From a virus (taxonomy: Duplodnaviria; Caudoviricetes), in the IMG/VR virus record IMGVR_UViG_3300033153_004497, positions 1 through 63,827 of that record: DNA of 63,827 nucleotides. One strand, given 5' to 3'. Each line of letters opens with the position of its first letter. Positions within the stretch are counted from its first letter, which is position 1. The position numbers and the translations under genes were made by a program. Below are positions 1 to 9,228 of this stretch, in pieces. Below the pieces are notes generated by a model. That model was not told the DNA's origin, made no database searches, and saw only the letters and a program-made list of their open reading frames with translations.

Positions 1-35
1 GACACTAGAAGGTTCGAATCCTTCGACATCCACCA
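1..35 (+). tRNA. 3' part of a tRNA (or tmRNA-like RNA), truncated by the window edge
   Basis: T-arm GAAGG-TTCGAAT-CCTTC, acceptor 3' strand GACATCC, discriminator A and CCA. The 5' half is not in the window. Confidence 0.75.
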
Positions 36-40
36 AACAT

Positions 41-188
41 GACGGTGTAGCTTAATTGGCTAAAGCGTTTGTTCCCCTAGCAGGTTGATTACCAGTTAGT
101 AAGGAACACGGTAGGATTTCATCACCCTACTGCCCTTGTAGTCTTTAGTGGGGAAAGATGATGGTTCGAATCCATCTCACCTGATTCA
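41..188 (+). ncRNA. tRNA-like RNA with an about 72-nt insert in the anticodon arm
   Basis: D-arm GCTT-AATTGGCTA-AAGC; TTCCCC(72-77) pairs with GGGGAA(150-155); T-arm GATGG-TTCGAAT-CCATC(160-176). The acceptor stem is imperfect and there is no CCA. Confidence 0.5.
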
Positions 189-199
189 TTTTTTACTAG

Positions 200-342
200 A
201 AGTCTTTTGAAAGTTTTTGGACACAGTTAGTAATCTGGTTTCGATCACCAGTGAGACCCCAAGACTCTCAGTTAATTGGCAACAGTCGAAGACGTTTGAC
301 ACGAAGGTTAGAATCCTTCAGCCAAAAACTTTCAAAAGACTT
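200..342 (+). ncRNA. Structured RNA closed by a 21-bp perfect stem, with T-loop hairpins
   Basis: 200-220 is the exact reverse complement of 322-342. Internal hairpins include GAAGG-TTAGAAT-CCTTC and CTGG-TTTCGATCA-CCAG. Confidence 0.55.
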
Positions 343-482
343 AAAGCGGAGCTAGGGCATCAGGAATGGCTTAAGACTGAACTGATGTACGTGACTGTTC
401 TGGGTTGACAGGTGTGCTCAAGAAATTGAGTAACCGCAGATGGGAAAGACTTTATAAATCTCTCCTAGACCCCTCGAATTTT

Positions 483-556
483 GAACCGTTAGAATAGTGG
501 TAGTTCACCTGACTTTCTATCAGATTACGGGGGTTCGATTCCCCCACGGTTCGCCA
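483..556 (+). tRNA. tRNA-Glu (anticodon TTC)
   Basis: Acceptor GAACCGT/ACGGTTC, anticodon loop CT-TTC-TA, T-arm GGGGG-TTCGATT-CCCCC, ends GCCA. Confidence 0.85.
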
Positions 557-698
557 AATTTTTTACTCACTCAGGATGTGAAATGATTTTACTACCAAAC
601 ATAACCCGAAAGTTTTTAGCTGATCAAGGCAGGAATTTACGGGGAAGCAACCCCAGATGAAATTGACCGACTCGATAAAATTATTTAGGAGTCCCGAC

Positions 699-806
699 AT
701 GGACAAAGCAAAAAAGAAACAAGGTAATCCCCGTAGCACTTCCCGCAAATGGGAAAAGGCTATGAAGCGAAACACAAACAAAAAACGCAGACAGGAGAAA
801 TTCTGA
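699..806 (+). CDS. 35-aa Lys/Arg-rich peptide (below the ORF-track size cutoff)
   Basis: AGGAG RBS; translates MDKAKKKQGNPRSTSRKWEKAMKRNTNKKRRQEKF; its TGA overlaps the next ATG at 806. Confidence 0.55.
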   Translation: MDKAKKKQGNPRSTSRKWEKAMKRNTNKKRRQEKF

Positions 807-997
807 TGGAACAAGATCGATTCGAAAAAAGCTATCAAGCTTACGTGACTACAATGGTGAAGAAAGAACGAACCACCGAAGTTAAAAACTTCAAAGATTG
901 GATGGACGCTTATTTTCCGAAGGTGTGTCCCACCTGTAGGAAGCGAACTGTCCAGACTTGTGCCAACACTTATTCCAAGTGTGCGGTGTCACCATGA
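806..997 (+). CDS. Hypothetical protein with CxxC motifs
   Basis: AGGAG RBS, coupled start, CPTC motif. Confidence 0.55.
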   Translation: MEQDRFEKSYQAYVTTMVKKERTTEVKNFKDWMDAYFPKVCPTCRKRTVQTCANTYSKCAVSP

Positions 998-1209
998 GCA
1001 GATACGCAGAAGAAATCAACAAACAAATTGAAGGATTTGAAACCCCACCCAACTGCACGGAAATGACTTCAGTTGAGTTGGTACTTTATCATGACAAGAT
1101 GGAATATCTTGGATGCAGGATAAATGTTTACGGAGTTGAACGCTGTCAGCTTTTCCGAACCTTTGCGGAAGTAGCCCGAACCGAAATCGTAAACAGGTAT
1201 CAGGCATGA
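994..1209 (+). CDS. Hypothetical protein
   Basis: ATGA overlaps with both neighbours in the + strand small-gene run. Confidence 0.55.
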   Translation: MSRYAEEINKQIEGFETPPNCTEMTSVELVLYHDKMEYLGCRINVYGVERCQLFRTFAEVARTEIVNRYQA

Positions 1210-1516
1210 GCAAACTCAAATGGGATAAGTTGACTCGCTTCGGAACAGACACCCACTATTATTCGGGGGTCTACAAAATCAGCAGCTACAAATGGTTTAA
1301 GAACAGGGAAGTGAAACGGTACTTCCAAGTTTACATTCTGCTGTCTACCAATTGGGGGGATTACGTGAGTGCAGTACAGCACAGAAAATTGCACAAGACC
1401 ACTACAACAAATATGGTGAACCACACCCTTCACGAATCAAGGTTGCTCAGGCAGCAATCGCTAGGTCAATGGCTCCGCATATCGAATGGCAGGAGAAACA
1501 GAATGAGTCTCTTTGA
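1206..1516 (+). pseudogene. Hypothetical gene, apparently frameshifted near 1355-1380
   Basis: The -1 frame (AQKIAQDHYNKYGE...NESL*) looks more protein-like than the frame-0 linker and stops just after the next start. Confidence 0.4.
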
Positions 1517-1796
1517 ACAGATCGAAGTAGCCAGAGCACAGAAACCCTCTGAGGGAGAACCCTGCAATAATTGTGGGTGGTGTTGTCTCACCGAAGTTTG
1601 CACCACAGGATTACAATTCGGAAAAACAAGTAAAATCCCCTGCAAGTTTTTAGAAGCAAAGGGCAACAAGCATTTTTGCGGATTAGCCAAACTGAACATT
1701 CCTGTAATGAATGAACATCTTTCTATAGGAACGGGGTGTGATGCACGAACCCAACAGGAACAGATAAATGAATTGATGGAGAAACAACATGGATAA
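1503..1796 (+). CDS. CxxCxxCC cysteine-cluster protein
   Basis: AGGAG RBS before ATG at 1503; CNNCGWCC followed by further Cys residues. Confidence 0.6.
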   Translation: MSLFEQIEVARAQKPSEGEPCNNCGWCCLTEVCTTGLQFGKTSKIPCKFLEAKGNKHFCGLAKLNIPVMNEHLSIGTGCDARTQQEQINELMEKQHG

Positions 1797-2720
1797 CAAT
1801 ATGCCTGTCCACACACTAAAAGAGTGGAAGGAAAAAGCTTTTAAAGAAGTTCACGGTTATCAGGTGCATGACATTCTGCGGGATTGGGAAACCAATATTA
1901 AAAACCACATACTTTCTGCGGAAGGCTATGAGCAGAGAATTGAACAACTCGAAAAAGCTTTTACACATGCCTGTGGGGAATTAGGAATGGGGGCAATCGA
2001 TCTAAATACTGAGATTGAGCGATTCGTTCAGTGTGCCGAAGATTTGGAGGGGAAATGAATAATATCAGGTGGGCAAAACGAGTTGCATTCACAGAAGATG
2101 AGAATGACGTTCAGCGCGAAAACGAAATAGAGATTGCTAATCAGGAAGGAATTATGATTTACGGTAGGTTACAAATTCGCGTAACAGAAACCGATTGGGA
2201 AGACATCCCTGTGGTGTGGGAATGAATATGATTACACCTATTGTCACGCACTTTCTTGAACGTGAGTGTGCGGAACACACAATTAGGAAATCTGATGGTA
2301 CAACCCTGTATTACAATTATGGGATTCTTGCCGAATGGATAGCCCCAAATATAATTGCTATCACCCAATACCGATTATCTTCCTTGGGGTTCCAACACCA
2401 GACCATAAACGCAGTTGAGAAAACCACACGGGAAGTAATAGAACGTGCAAAAGCCCGTGGAATTCTGATAGCCAAGAACAGGAAAATATAATATGAAAAC
2501 CTATACGCTCCCAGATTTCTTTACGGGTAGACCTATCCCCACAGAACAGTATTTTATGGATGTGCATTTGTTCGACACCCCCCGCACTCTCACGGCTGCT
2601 ATCAACAACCTTCCGGGTGCTTGTATAAAAGTATCAGTTCGCCACGATGTAGGCAGGGAAGGGAGACAGGCTGCACGTTTAGCGGGAATCAAAGTTGGCG
2701 TAGAAATCGTATTCACATAA
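1789..2720 (+). CDS. Run of four small hypothetical genes (1789-2058, about 2055-2225, about 2222-2491, 2493-2720)
   Basis: Overlapping or abutting ORFs on the same strand. Confidence 0.55.
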
Positions 2721-2766
2721 TTTGGTGATGGCACTGGATTCCCTTACCGTGCTAGGGTTGCAACCT

Positions 2767-2955
2767 TCAAATGTCATGCTCATTTGAGAATAGCATTTTA
2801 TTCTTTTTGCGCGAATTTTTTTGCAAATAAGTTCTATACCTTTCCACCAACCCCCTACACCTGCCCAACTCCATCCGCAATCTCTTAATCTCAGTTGCCT
2901 GAGTACGAGCCAACACTTTTGCCCGTAGTAAAACCTGTAAATAAGGGTCAGTCAT
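2767..2955 (-). CDS. Small coiled-coil hypothetical protein
   Basis: ATG start and helical character; convergent with the + strand run. Confidence 0.4.
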   Translation of the reverse strand: MTDPYLQVLLRAKVLARTQATEIKRLRMELGRCRGLVERYRTYLQKNSRKKNKMLFSNEHDI

Positions 2956-3097
2956 AATATCTGTATTTTAACACCTATTTTTTTATGTCTGTAGGAAATC
3001 TGGCGTAGATAAGATTTGATACTAAGGTCAAAAGCTTTAAGCCGAAACCGAGACCTGAAATATATATCAGAATATTGAAATATATATGAGCCTCAAG

Positions 3098-3238
3098 AAA
3101 AATATCAAAAATATCTTTTTTACCTCAAAGAAATCAACAAACATTCAAAAAAATATCCCAAAAATATCAGAAATATCATTTTTATCAGAAAAATATCAAA
3201 AATATCTCAGAGCAATTCAAAATTCACCCCCAATATCC
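3098..3238. repeat. Cluster of AAATATC repeats in an A-tract-rich non-coding region
   Basis: AAATATC at about 3100, 3109, 3151, 3162, 3171, 3191 and 3200. Confidence 0.75.
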
Positions 3239-3661
3239 GAGCGTGTCAGGGGCAAAACCGAGAAAAAAAGATTTGAAAATAATTTTCGAATGGCAGGATA
3301 AAGTTTTTTATATAATAAGAATATTTTTTATGTGATTCCACAGAAGGTCTCTCCCTATGCCTACCCTTATGCCCCCGACTTGCGCCCCTCTCCTGTGACC
3401 TTAGTATCACACCCCCCTGTCTGCCCACACCACCAGACCACGGGCAACCCCAGACCCACCCTAGGATTTTATCACATCTGTTAGTATTTGTCAAGGGTAT
3501 ATGTGTGCGGTGCATCACAGAAACCTTCATCAATATGCTGTATACTTCCGTGGGTGGGGTCAGGGGCTAAGCACAGGAAAGTATTTGATACTAAGTGCAA
3601 ATAAGTATTGACAAATAATAAGCGTTATGATATACTTCCGTGGGTGGGTAAGAGGGCTACC

Positions 3662-5512
3662 CTACTGATACGCTATCTCTCTATCTGGCTCTACTGTGAA
3701 CTGTGATGTTATCATGGGGGATGGTTGCACCCCGAAGCTTGCCCATGTCCACCGTTGCATCGTGAGTCCATACACTACCCCCGCGAAGGCATCACTCAAG
3801 TCCTTAGTGTTATAAGCGTTGTGGTCTATCTTCCCCTTGGACGTTCTCTCTAGGTGTACCAGTTCATTGCGTACATGGGCATCTTCAGGAGCAGCTATCC
3901 GTGCATCATTGAGTGCTGACTTCAGGATGTCATATGGTAAGGGTGTCTTGTCCATTGATTGTAAGCCTGTCATGTACCCACGCCCCCTTAGTATCTGTAA
4001 GCTATCGACTGACTGGTATGAGTCGAATGTCACCCAACGTATCAGTACACCTAACTCAGTAAGCTTATATAGGATTGTCCTGATCTTACTAAAGTTTATC
4101 TCATCATTCATGGGTGGAGTAACCCGCAAGAACCCGTCAATGCGTATGTGGGGCATCATGCCACCCACCTTGCTATCCTCATCCCCTTCTATCATCACGA
4201 ACTTATCCACGTACCCTATACAGAAACCTGCTGCATCAGACGTTAAGCCTAAGTCTATGTGACAGAATCGGGGTCTATGTGGCTCTGTAATAGCATCCTT
4301 GACTAAGCCCACCTGTGTAACAACAAAATCACAGTCTCCACGGGTAAAGATACTTTTGATCTTAGTATCAAAGTTGTTGTTGAGTGCTTCCACGTTAGGC
4401 AGATAAGGAGCCTTGGCAACCGTACTCACCCCTGCTATCTCTCTCAGGGCATTGTAGATATCGTTAATGAATCGCTTTTTGTACTCTTGGGGTATCCGCT
4501 TAACCTGAGCAGGGTAATCTTTCTTAGTGCTCTTCACATCAGCGGGGTCAATGATGTACGGCTTGCGGGTATCGGAGCCGATGAACACGCTAAACCATTT
4601 GCCTGTGAATACTTCGGGGGGCTTCATATCCCATATCACTTCATCCCGATAATATATCCCCGCATCTTTCTTGGCTTCTGCTGCCTTGCGGTCTGTGAAT
4701 TGTCCGGGATAGTTCTTGGAGCTACCTAAGCAAAGTATTCCCGGCACTACCCCTTGACGCATGAAACGCGATTCTCTACGGGAGGCAATTGAGTTATACA
4801 ATTCTATTGCTTGGTTGAATTGCCCCCCATCAACTAATTTGCGGGAACTATCGACTACCTCCATGAAATTTATTTCATCGACAAACCCCCCGTAAACATT
4901 TTGACCGATGGTAGCAGATGTCTCCCCCGATGTAGGAAAGACACTTATGTTTTTTGGGAAGACCAACCGCGAATCTAAATCCTTCCGATAGGGAAAGACC
5001 GTATTGAAATATTCGCTGTTCTCAATCATGTTTCGAAAACGCGCATAATCGACATCCCGCGCAACTCTCGCATTTATCGACTGGAAAACAAAGTAAATTT
5101 CTGAAGCTCGGTCTTGATTCAGCAGCAGATGTGGAGATCGAAAGCAAGATAATAAATAAAGTTGATATGCTGTTGTATACAGTGCTCTAGTAGTTTTTGC
5201 TGTTCCTATTCCTCCTGTTAATACACACTCGTAGTACGTCTGCCCCAACCTGTCACCGTTAGGGTTATTTATTTCTATAATACTGTCCATTACAGCAGGC
5301 CAAACTTCATCCCCCGTTCCCAAAAACTTTTTATCAAATATGAATTCTTCTATGGTAACTGGATATCTGCCCAACAATAGAAGGGAAGGCAAACGAACAA
5401 TATTCTCACCTTCAAGATACCATTCTATTGACTGTCTTATATCCTTGCTGAATGGGTCTTTCTTGCCCACCAAAGATCGGTGCATACTGCTAAGCTTTTT
5501 TGCGGATTGCAT
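3662..5512 (-). CDS. terL: Terminase large subunit
   Basis: Walker A GGIGTAKT, Walker B GFVDE, motif-III-like LGSS, RNase H-like nuclease motifs HIDLG...FDSYQS...KDLSDA. Confidence 0.9.
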   Translation of the reverse strand: MQSAKKLSSMHRSLVGKKDPFSKDIRQSIEWYLEGENIVRLPSLLLLGRYPVTIEEFIFDKKFLGTGDEVWPAVMDSIIEINNPNGDRLGQTYYECVLTGGIGTAKTTRALYTTAYQLYLLSCFRSPHLLLNQDRASEIYFVFQSINARVARDVDYARFRNMIENSEYFNTVFPYRKDLDSRLVFPKNISVFPTSGETSATIGQNVYGGFVDEINFMEVVDSSRKLVDGGQFNQAIELYNSIASRRESRFMRQGVVPGILCLGSSKNYPGQFTDRKAAEAKKDAGIYYRDEVIWDMKPPEVFTGKWFSVFIGSDTRKPYIIDPADVKSTKKDYPAQVKRIPQEYKKRFINDIYNALREIAGVSTVAKAPYLPNVEALNNNFDTKIKSIFTRGDCDFVVTQVGLVKDAITEPHRPRFCHIDLGLTSDAAGFCIGYVDKFVMIEGDEDSKVGGMMPHIRIDGFLRVTPPMNDEINFSKIRTILYKLTELGVLIRWVTFDSYQSVDSLQILRGRGYMTGLQSMDKTPLPYDILKSALNDARIAAPEDAHVRNELVHLERTSKGKIDHNAYNTKDLSDAFAGVVYGLTMQRWTWASFGVQPSPMITSQFTVEPDREIAYQ

Positions 5513-5514
5513 AT

Positions 5515-6267
5515 CTAGGGGGCAAACAATTCTAAGGCGAATTCATCCATTGCAGCATGTGCTTTATCCTTGTCTGTTTCTGGGACTATATTTATTACAT
5601 CATCCATTACACTTGCATTGCCCCGAATGTGTGCGAAGACCCCGCAATAATCTAAGAATCGGATTTTATTCATCTCGGTATCTGAGGCAACTTTCAGGGC
5701 AGCAATTTGCTCTTTGGCACTGTACGCCTTATCGGTAGCCATTCCCATAGACATGTTTCTTACCTCCATGAAGAACGCGACTGTCTCCCCCAAAAACTCG
5801 TTTAAGTCTATGTTGGTAAAACTGCGTTTGTGTAAGTCCTTAATTTGGTCTTTGATTTTGCAGATCATGCGTGTACTGACTTCAAGCTTTTCTGCTATGC
5901 GTTCATTAGTCCAACCCCGCATATGGAACCGATGCACTAAGACAATCCGACTGTCTTTTTGGTCATCTGACAATCCATTGTATCTGCCTTCCCCGCCGAT
6001 GGGTGTAACATCAAACAATTCATCGTCTGTCATGTTCACGAACTTGCCGATATTGCCCAACCGTTCCGTATCAAGCCCAGATGTATTTTTGGCAAGATTT
6101 AAGTGTTTGGTGACTTTGACATTGGAAGGGTCAACCGCATTTAGTTCTGATAATTCCGTTTCGGGAATATCGGATTTCAGTTTTCCAATTTTCAACTTGG
6201 TTTTGAACTTTTTAGCTACCAGTTTTGCCGTCTTTTTCTTTGGTTTGTGTTCAAGTAATACAGACAT
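5515..6267 (-). CDS. terS: Probable terminase small subunit (HTH)
   Basis: Directly upstream of terL; HTH GWTNERIAEKLEVSTRMI followed by a helical region. Start trimmed to MSVLL. Confidence 0.6.
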   Translation of the reverse strand: MSVLLEHKPKKKTAKLVAKKFKTKLKIGKLKSDIPETELSELNAVDPSNVKVTKHLNLAKNTSGLDTERLGNIGKFVNMTDDELFDVTPIGGEGRYNGLSDDQKDSRIVLVHRFHMRGWTNERIAEKLEVSTRMICKIKDQIKDLHKRSFTNIDLNEFLGETVAFFMEVRNMSMGMATDKAYSAKEQIAALKVASDTEMNKIRFLDYCGVFAHIRGNASVMDDVINIVPETDKDKAHAAMDEFALELFAP

Positions 6268-6348
6268 AAAAAAACACCAATCATAACTAGAATTGGTGCA
6301 AATACTAAAACTCTTGAATAGTTCAGTCAAGAACTATTAATTTAGAAA

Positions 6349-7550
6349 TTAGGTGATATCAGGATTTGATACTAAGGTCAAATTTTGTTTCCTTCTGTTC
6401 CATACCTCTTTCATGGTTTTAAGGTTCCTGTTCAGTTCCCCAATCGCTTTCCTGACAGCAGCAGGGGTCACTTCGTAGGCAACAGCGACTTCATAAATGT
6501 CCTGTTCGTATTTGACCACAGAATTACCAATACGGATATTCTTCAATAATTCTGATGCTGTGGATTCTCCTGACATTAGTAATTATCCTTCTCTGACTAT
6601 AAGGCTAACCAGATCAACCAACTCTGATTTATTGAAATATGCTGTAACCTGATCTACCAGTTCAGCAGTATCATGTGAGCAAAAGAATTTTCCGTTCAGC
6701 CGAATGTAATATGGTTGGGTTGGTGCATCAGGCATAAATTTGCCAAACGCCCCCAAAAGGTCTACTGCCATGTCTCGCTTGTTCATGTTCCTGTTTCCTT
6801 TTGATATTCAAGTGGGGTATCACAAAGAAATCCGTGTGAGGCATCTGCCCCGTTTGCTTCTCCGAAATAGCCCACGGTTTCACAATCCATATTGATTGCA
6901 TAAAAGTGAGTGTAAGGGTCTTCCCCTTTTCCATCAGACCGATTCAGTTTCGTGTTTGCTTCACGGGTTGCCTGAACCCACTGGTGGAAATCGATATGCT
7001 GAACTATCATTTCAACACACCTCCACAGCGTAGTATCTCCAACCACAAGAACCTTTAAGTATTCCCCGCTTGATCAATCCACGAACACAAGGAGCAGTTG
7101 AATGAAAATCGAAAGTCGCGTAACCAGTTTGGTAGTTACAAGAATAGTCGCTTGTTGAGATATCGAACTTTTCACCAGACTTCTTATCCTTCAAGAACTC
7201 CAAAAGTTCTTCAGTGTTTTTCCCTTTCGGGGCTTTGTAAGAAAATCCCATGATTATATCCCTCCGTTTACGAAACTGTCAGACAGCAACACCAAAGTAT
7301 TATCACATTCTTTCATGCGTCTAATACGAGTTGCTTTATCATCCTTATTAACACAAAGGACATGAAGCCTAATGCCTTCAATTTCTGCTTTGACATCAAG
7401 GGTCAGCTTTTTCTCAGTATACAAATCCATGTATTTACGAACCGTAGTGGTTGAACATCCCCACTTGAGAGCAGCCATTTTAATTTTCATCCCGTTACTC
7501 AGGACTTCCCGTGCTATGTAAATTTTCGTTTTCGTGTCGTTCATTATCAT
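6349..7550 (-). CDS. Five small hypothetical genes (6349-6576, 6583-6786, 6783-about 7010, 7012-7251, 7254-7550)
   Basis: Tightly packed ORFs; 7254-7550 has an HTH-like segment (IKMAALKWGCSTTTVRKY). Confidence 0.55.
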
Positions 7551-7584
7551 GTTTCCTATATTGTTGATTGATTGTTGTGCTGTC

Positions 7585-7635
7585 AAAAAATTCCCTCCCC
7601 TTTCAGAGAGGGCAAAAACAACACACGATTTAACT
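7585..7635 (-). terminator. Intrinsic terminator preceded by a conserved 23-nt element
   Basis: CCCTCTC/GGGAGGG hairpin plus T-run; 7613-7635 is the exact reverse complement of 29643-29665. Confidence 0.65.
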
Positions 7636-7636
7636 T

Positions 7637-7921
7637 TTACAGACTGGTGTAAAGACCAGTGTTCTTTTCGATCAGTGAATGAAGCATGTCAACGTAAGCA
7701 CCTTCAAAAGTAGCTTTAACCTTGTAGTCCATTCCCCAGACCTTTCCAAATTCCATGTCGTATGTGTCCATAGAATTCAAAGTGATCTTGATGTAGTTGA
7801 CTGCCTTCGAACCACGAACCCGAAAACTCAGGGCATTACCGCAGTCAAGCAAATTTTTCGCACCCAACATATACAGGGCTTTGTGTCCGATTTGCTCTTT
7901 AATTGTGTTTGCTATTGTCAT
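7637..7921 (-). CDS. Conserved-type phage early hypothetical protein
   Basis: ANTIKEQIG...MLGAK...DTYDMEF...TGLYTSL pattern; its own TTGACA/TATACT promoter lies at about 7957-7986. Confidence 0.7.
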   Translation of the reverse strand: MTIANTIKEQIGHKALYMLGAKNLLDCGNALSFRVRGSKAVNYIKITLNSMDTYDMEFGKVWGMDYKVKATFEGAYVDMLHSLIEKNTGLYTSL

Positions 7922-8019
7922 TTGTTTTTCCGTGTTTGTTTAATTTCTATACTCTAAGTATACACCATACAGAAATTATTTGTCAATTATTTTAGTGATG
8001 TAGTTCGCATTCTCTGAAA

Positions 8020-8307
8020 TTAGAAATTCATCTTAATAATGCTAGGAACTTTCTTTTCACCTGCATTCTCAGGAACTTCAACATCTTCAACCATATCTTC
8101 GTAATGACCAACCCACCATTCAACAGTGGTTCCACAAAAAGCATTGATATAGACACTCGGACTTTTTGCGTAGGTGATCGGCTCAACATAAAAGTCAGCA
8201 CCTTGTTCAACAGCAAAATAGAAATATCCGTTTCCCTTGACCAGTTCGACCTTATGACCGAACTTTTCGAAGATTGCTGCTGCCACGTTTTTCTTGGTAG
8301 CTTTCAT
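8020..8307 (-). CDS. Early hypothetical protein
   Basis: ATG directly after the stop of the 43-aa gene; LVKGNGYFYF motif. Confidence 0.65.
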   Translation of the reverse strand: MKATKKNVAAAIFEKFGHKVELVKGNGYFYFAVEQGADFYVEPITYAKSPSVYINAFCGTTVEWWVGHYEDMVEDVEVPENAGEKKVPSIIKMNF

Positions 8308-8308
8308 T

Positions 8309-8440
8309 TTAAGCTTTGTAACCCAGAGCTTCGTATTTAGCTTTAACTGACTCAGTGTTTACTACTACTACTTCTTTACCTGATACTTCGTGGGTCAGTG
8401 TTACAGTGGTTTCGTTTGCTTTAGTGTTTAATTCGTTCAT
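8309..8440 (-). CDS. 43-aa peptide, paralog of 29198-29329 (not in the ORF track)
   Basis: Translates MNELNTKANETTVTLTHEVSGKEVVVVNTESVKAKYEALGYKA. Confidence 0.75.
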   Translation of the reverse strand: MNELNTKANETTVTLTHEVSGKEVVVVNTESVKAKYEALGYKA

Positions 8441-8464
8441 CGTGTTATCTCTTTGTTTGTTTGT

Positions 8465-8529
8465 ATACTATAAGTATAGCACCTTGACAAATAAAAGCAA
8501 GGTCTTTTGACAAATAAAAAGGGGAATAA
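8465..8529 (-). promoter_or_regulatory. Early promoter block, 65-bp perfect inverted copy of 29108-29172
   Basis: TTGCTT-N16-TATACT with an extended -10 TG, and two TATTTGTCAA boxes. Confidence 0.8.
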
Positions 8530-8620
8530 ATCACTATTTGATATTAGTATCACTTTTGGGATTAGTGATCAGGTAGGAACAGGATTGTGTGAGGCTCCTG
8601 TGTGCCTCTGTAAGCTTTTC

Positions 8621-9228
8621 TCAGGTCATCAGTGTAAGGGTGTCTTCTGCATTTCCCCCCGCAGGAAGCTCATCGTAGGCTTCTGAGCGTGTGCTGCAAG
8701 CCTTGGATATCACTACCCACCTGTGATTGCCCGTGCCTGTAATACTAAATTTCTCAAAAACGTACCATAGACCATCATGATTTTTTGTAACCTTATATCT
8801 CACCATCTCGTATTCTCCCCAGAAGTTCAATTGCTTTATTTAATTCTTTACGGTCAATCTGTTTGCCGTATTGTTCTTTTAATGCATCCATCGATGACTG
8901 CCCACTTCGAAGTTCAACCTCAACTTCTATTGTGCTGAACCTTTTTTTACAGATATAGCAAAACCACCTTCGGCGCGTATATCCATCACAAGGTCTAGTG
9001 TCCGTGCATTTTCTTCTTGAATGTTGGCACTGGTGCATTTCTCATCTCGTAATCTTTAAGCCCACAAGCAGCAGAGCAAAATGCCTCTATCACCTGTAGG
9101 TCAGTTTGTGGTCTCCAATAGCGCGAGACAGGAAACCCATCCACAAAACTTGAACTGACAAAACCCCCGCACGTAACACAGTACCAACCTGATTTAAGAT
9201 TTGGTCTGTAAATGCTTTTGTCGTTCAT
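8621..9228 (-). CDS. Three small genes; 8793-9038 is an NrdR-N-like zinc ribbon
   Basis: CQ..DTR..RRRWFCYICKKRFSTIE in 8793-9038; CVTC and CSAAC motifs in 8995-9228. Confidence 0.55.

Noticed and set aside
200-342. Retron msr-msd (a1/a2 inverted repeats)
   Set aside because: No reverse transcriptase motif (YADD-type) was recognised in any ORF of the window.
217-408. 63-aa ORF over the structured RNA region
   Set aside because: TTG start without an RBS, and it overlaps a 21-bp stem and T-loops. An RNA interpretation fits better.
3015-3032. 18-bp motif as an FNR or CRP site
   Set aside because: Spacing differs (TTGAT-N6-ATCAA versus FNR N4; N8 versus CRP N6), and the core sequence is itself conserved.
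3354-3362. CCTATGCCT match to the 5' end of sRNA-2
   Set aside because: A single 9-mer with no clear target gene; it could be chance.
3086-3533. ORFs 3086-3301 (+) and 3246-3533 (-)
   Set aside because: They are translations of low-complexity repeat and C-rich DNA, with no RBS or protein-like composition.
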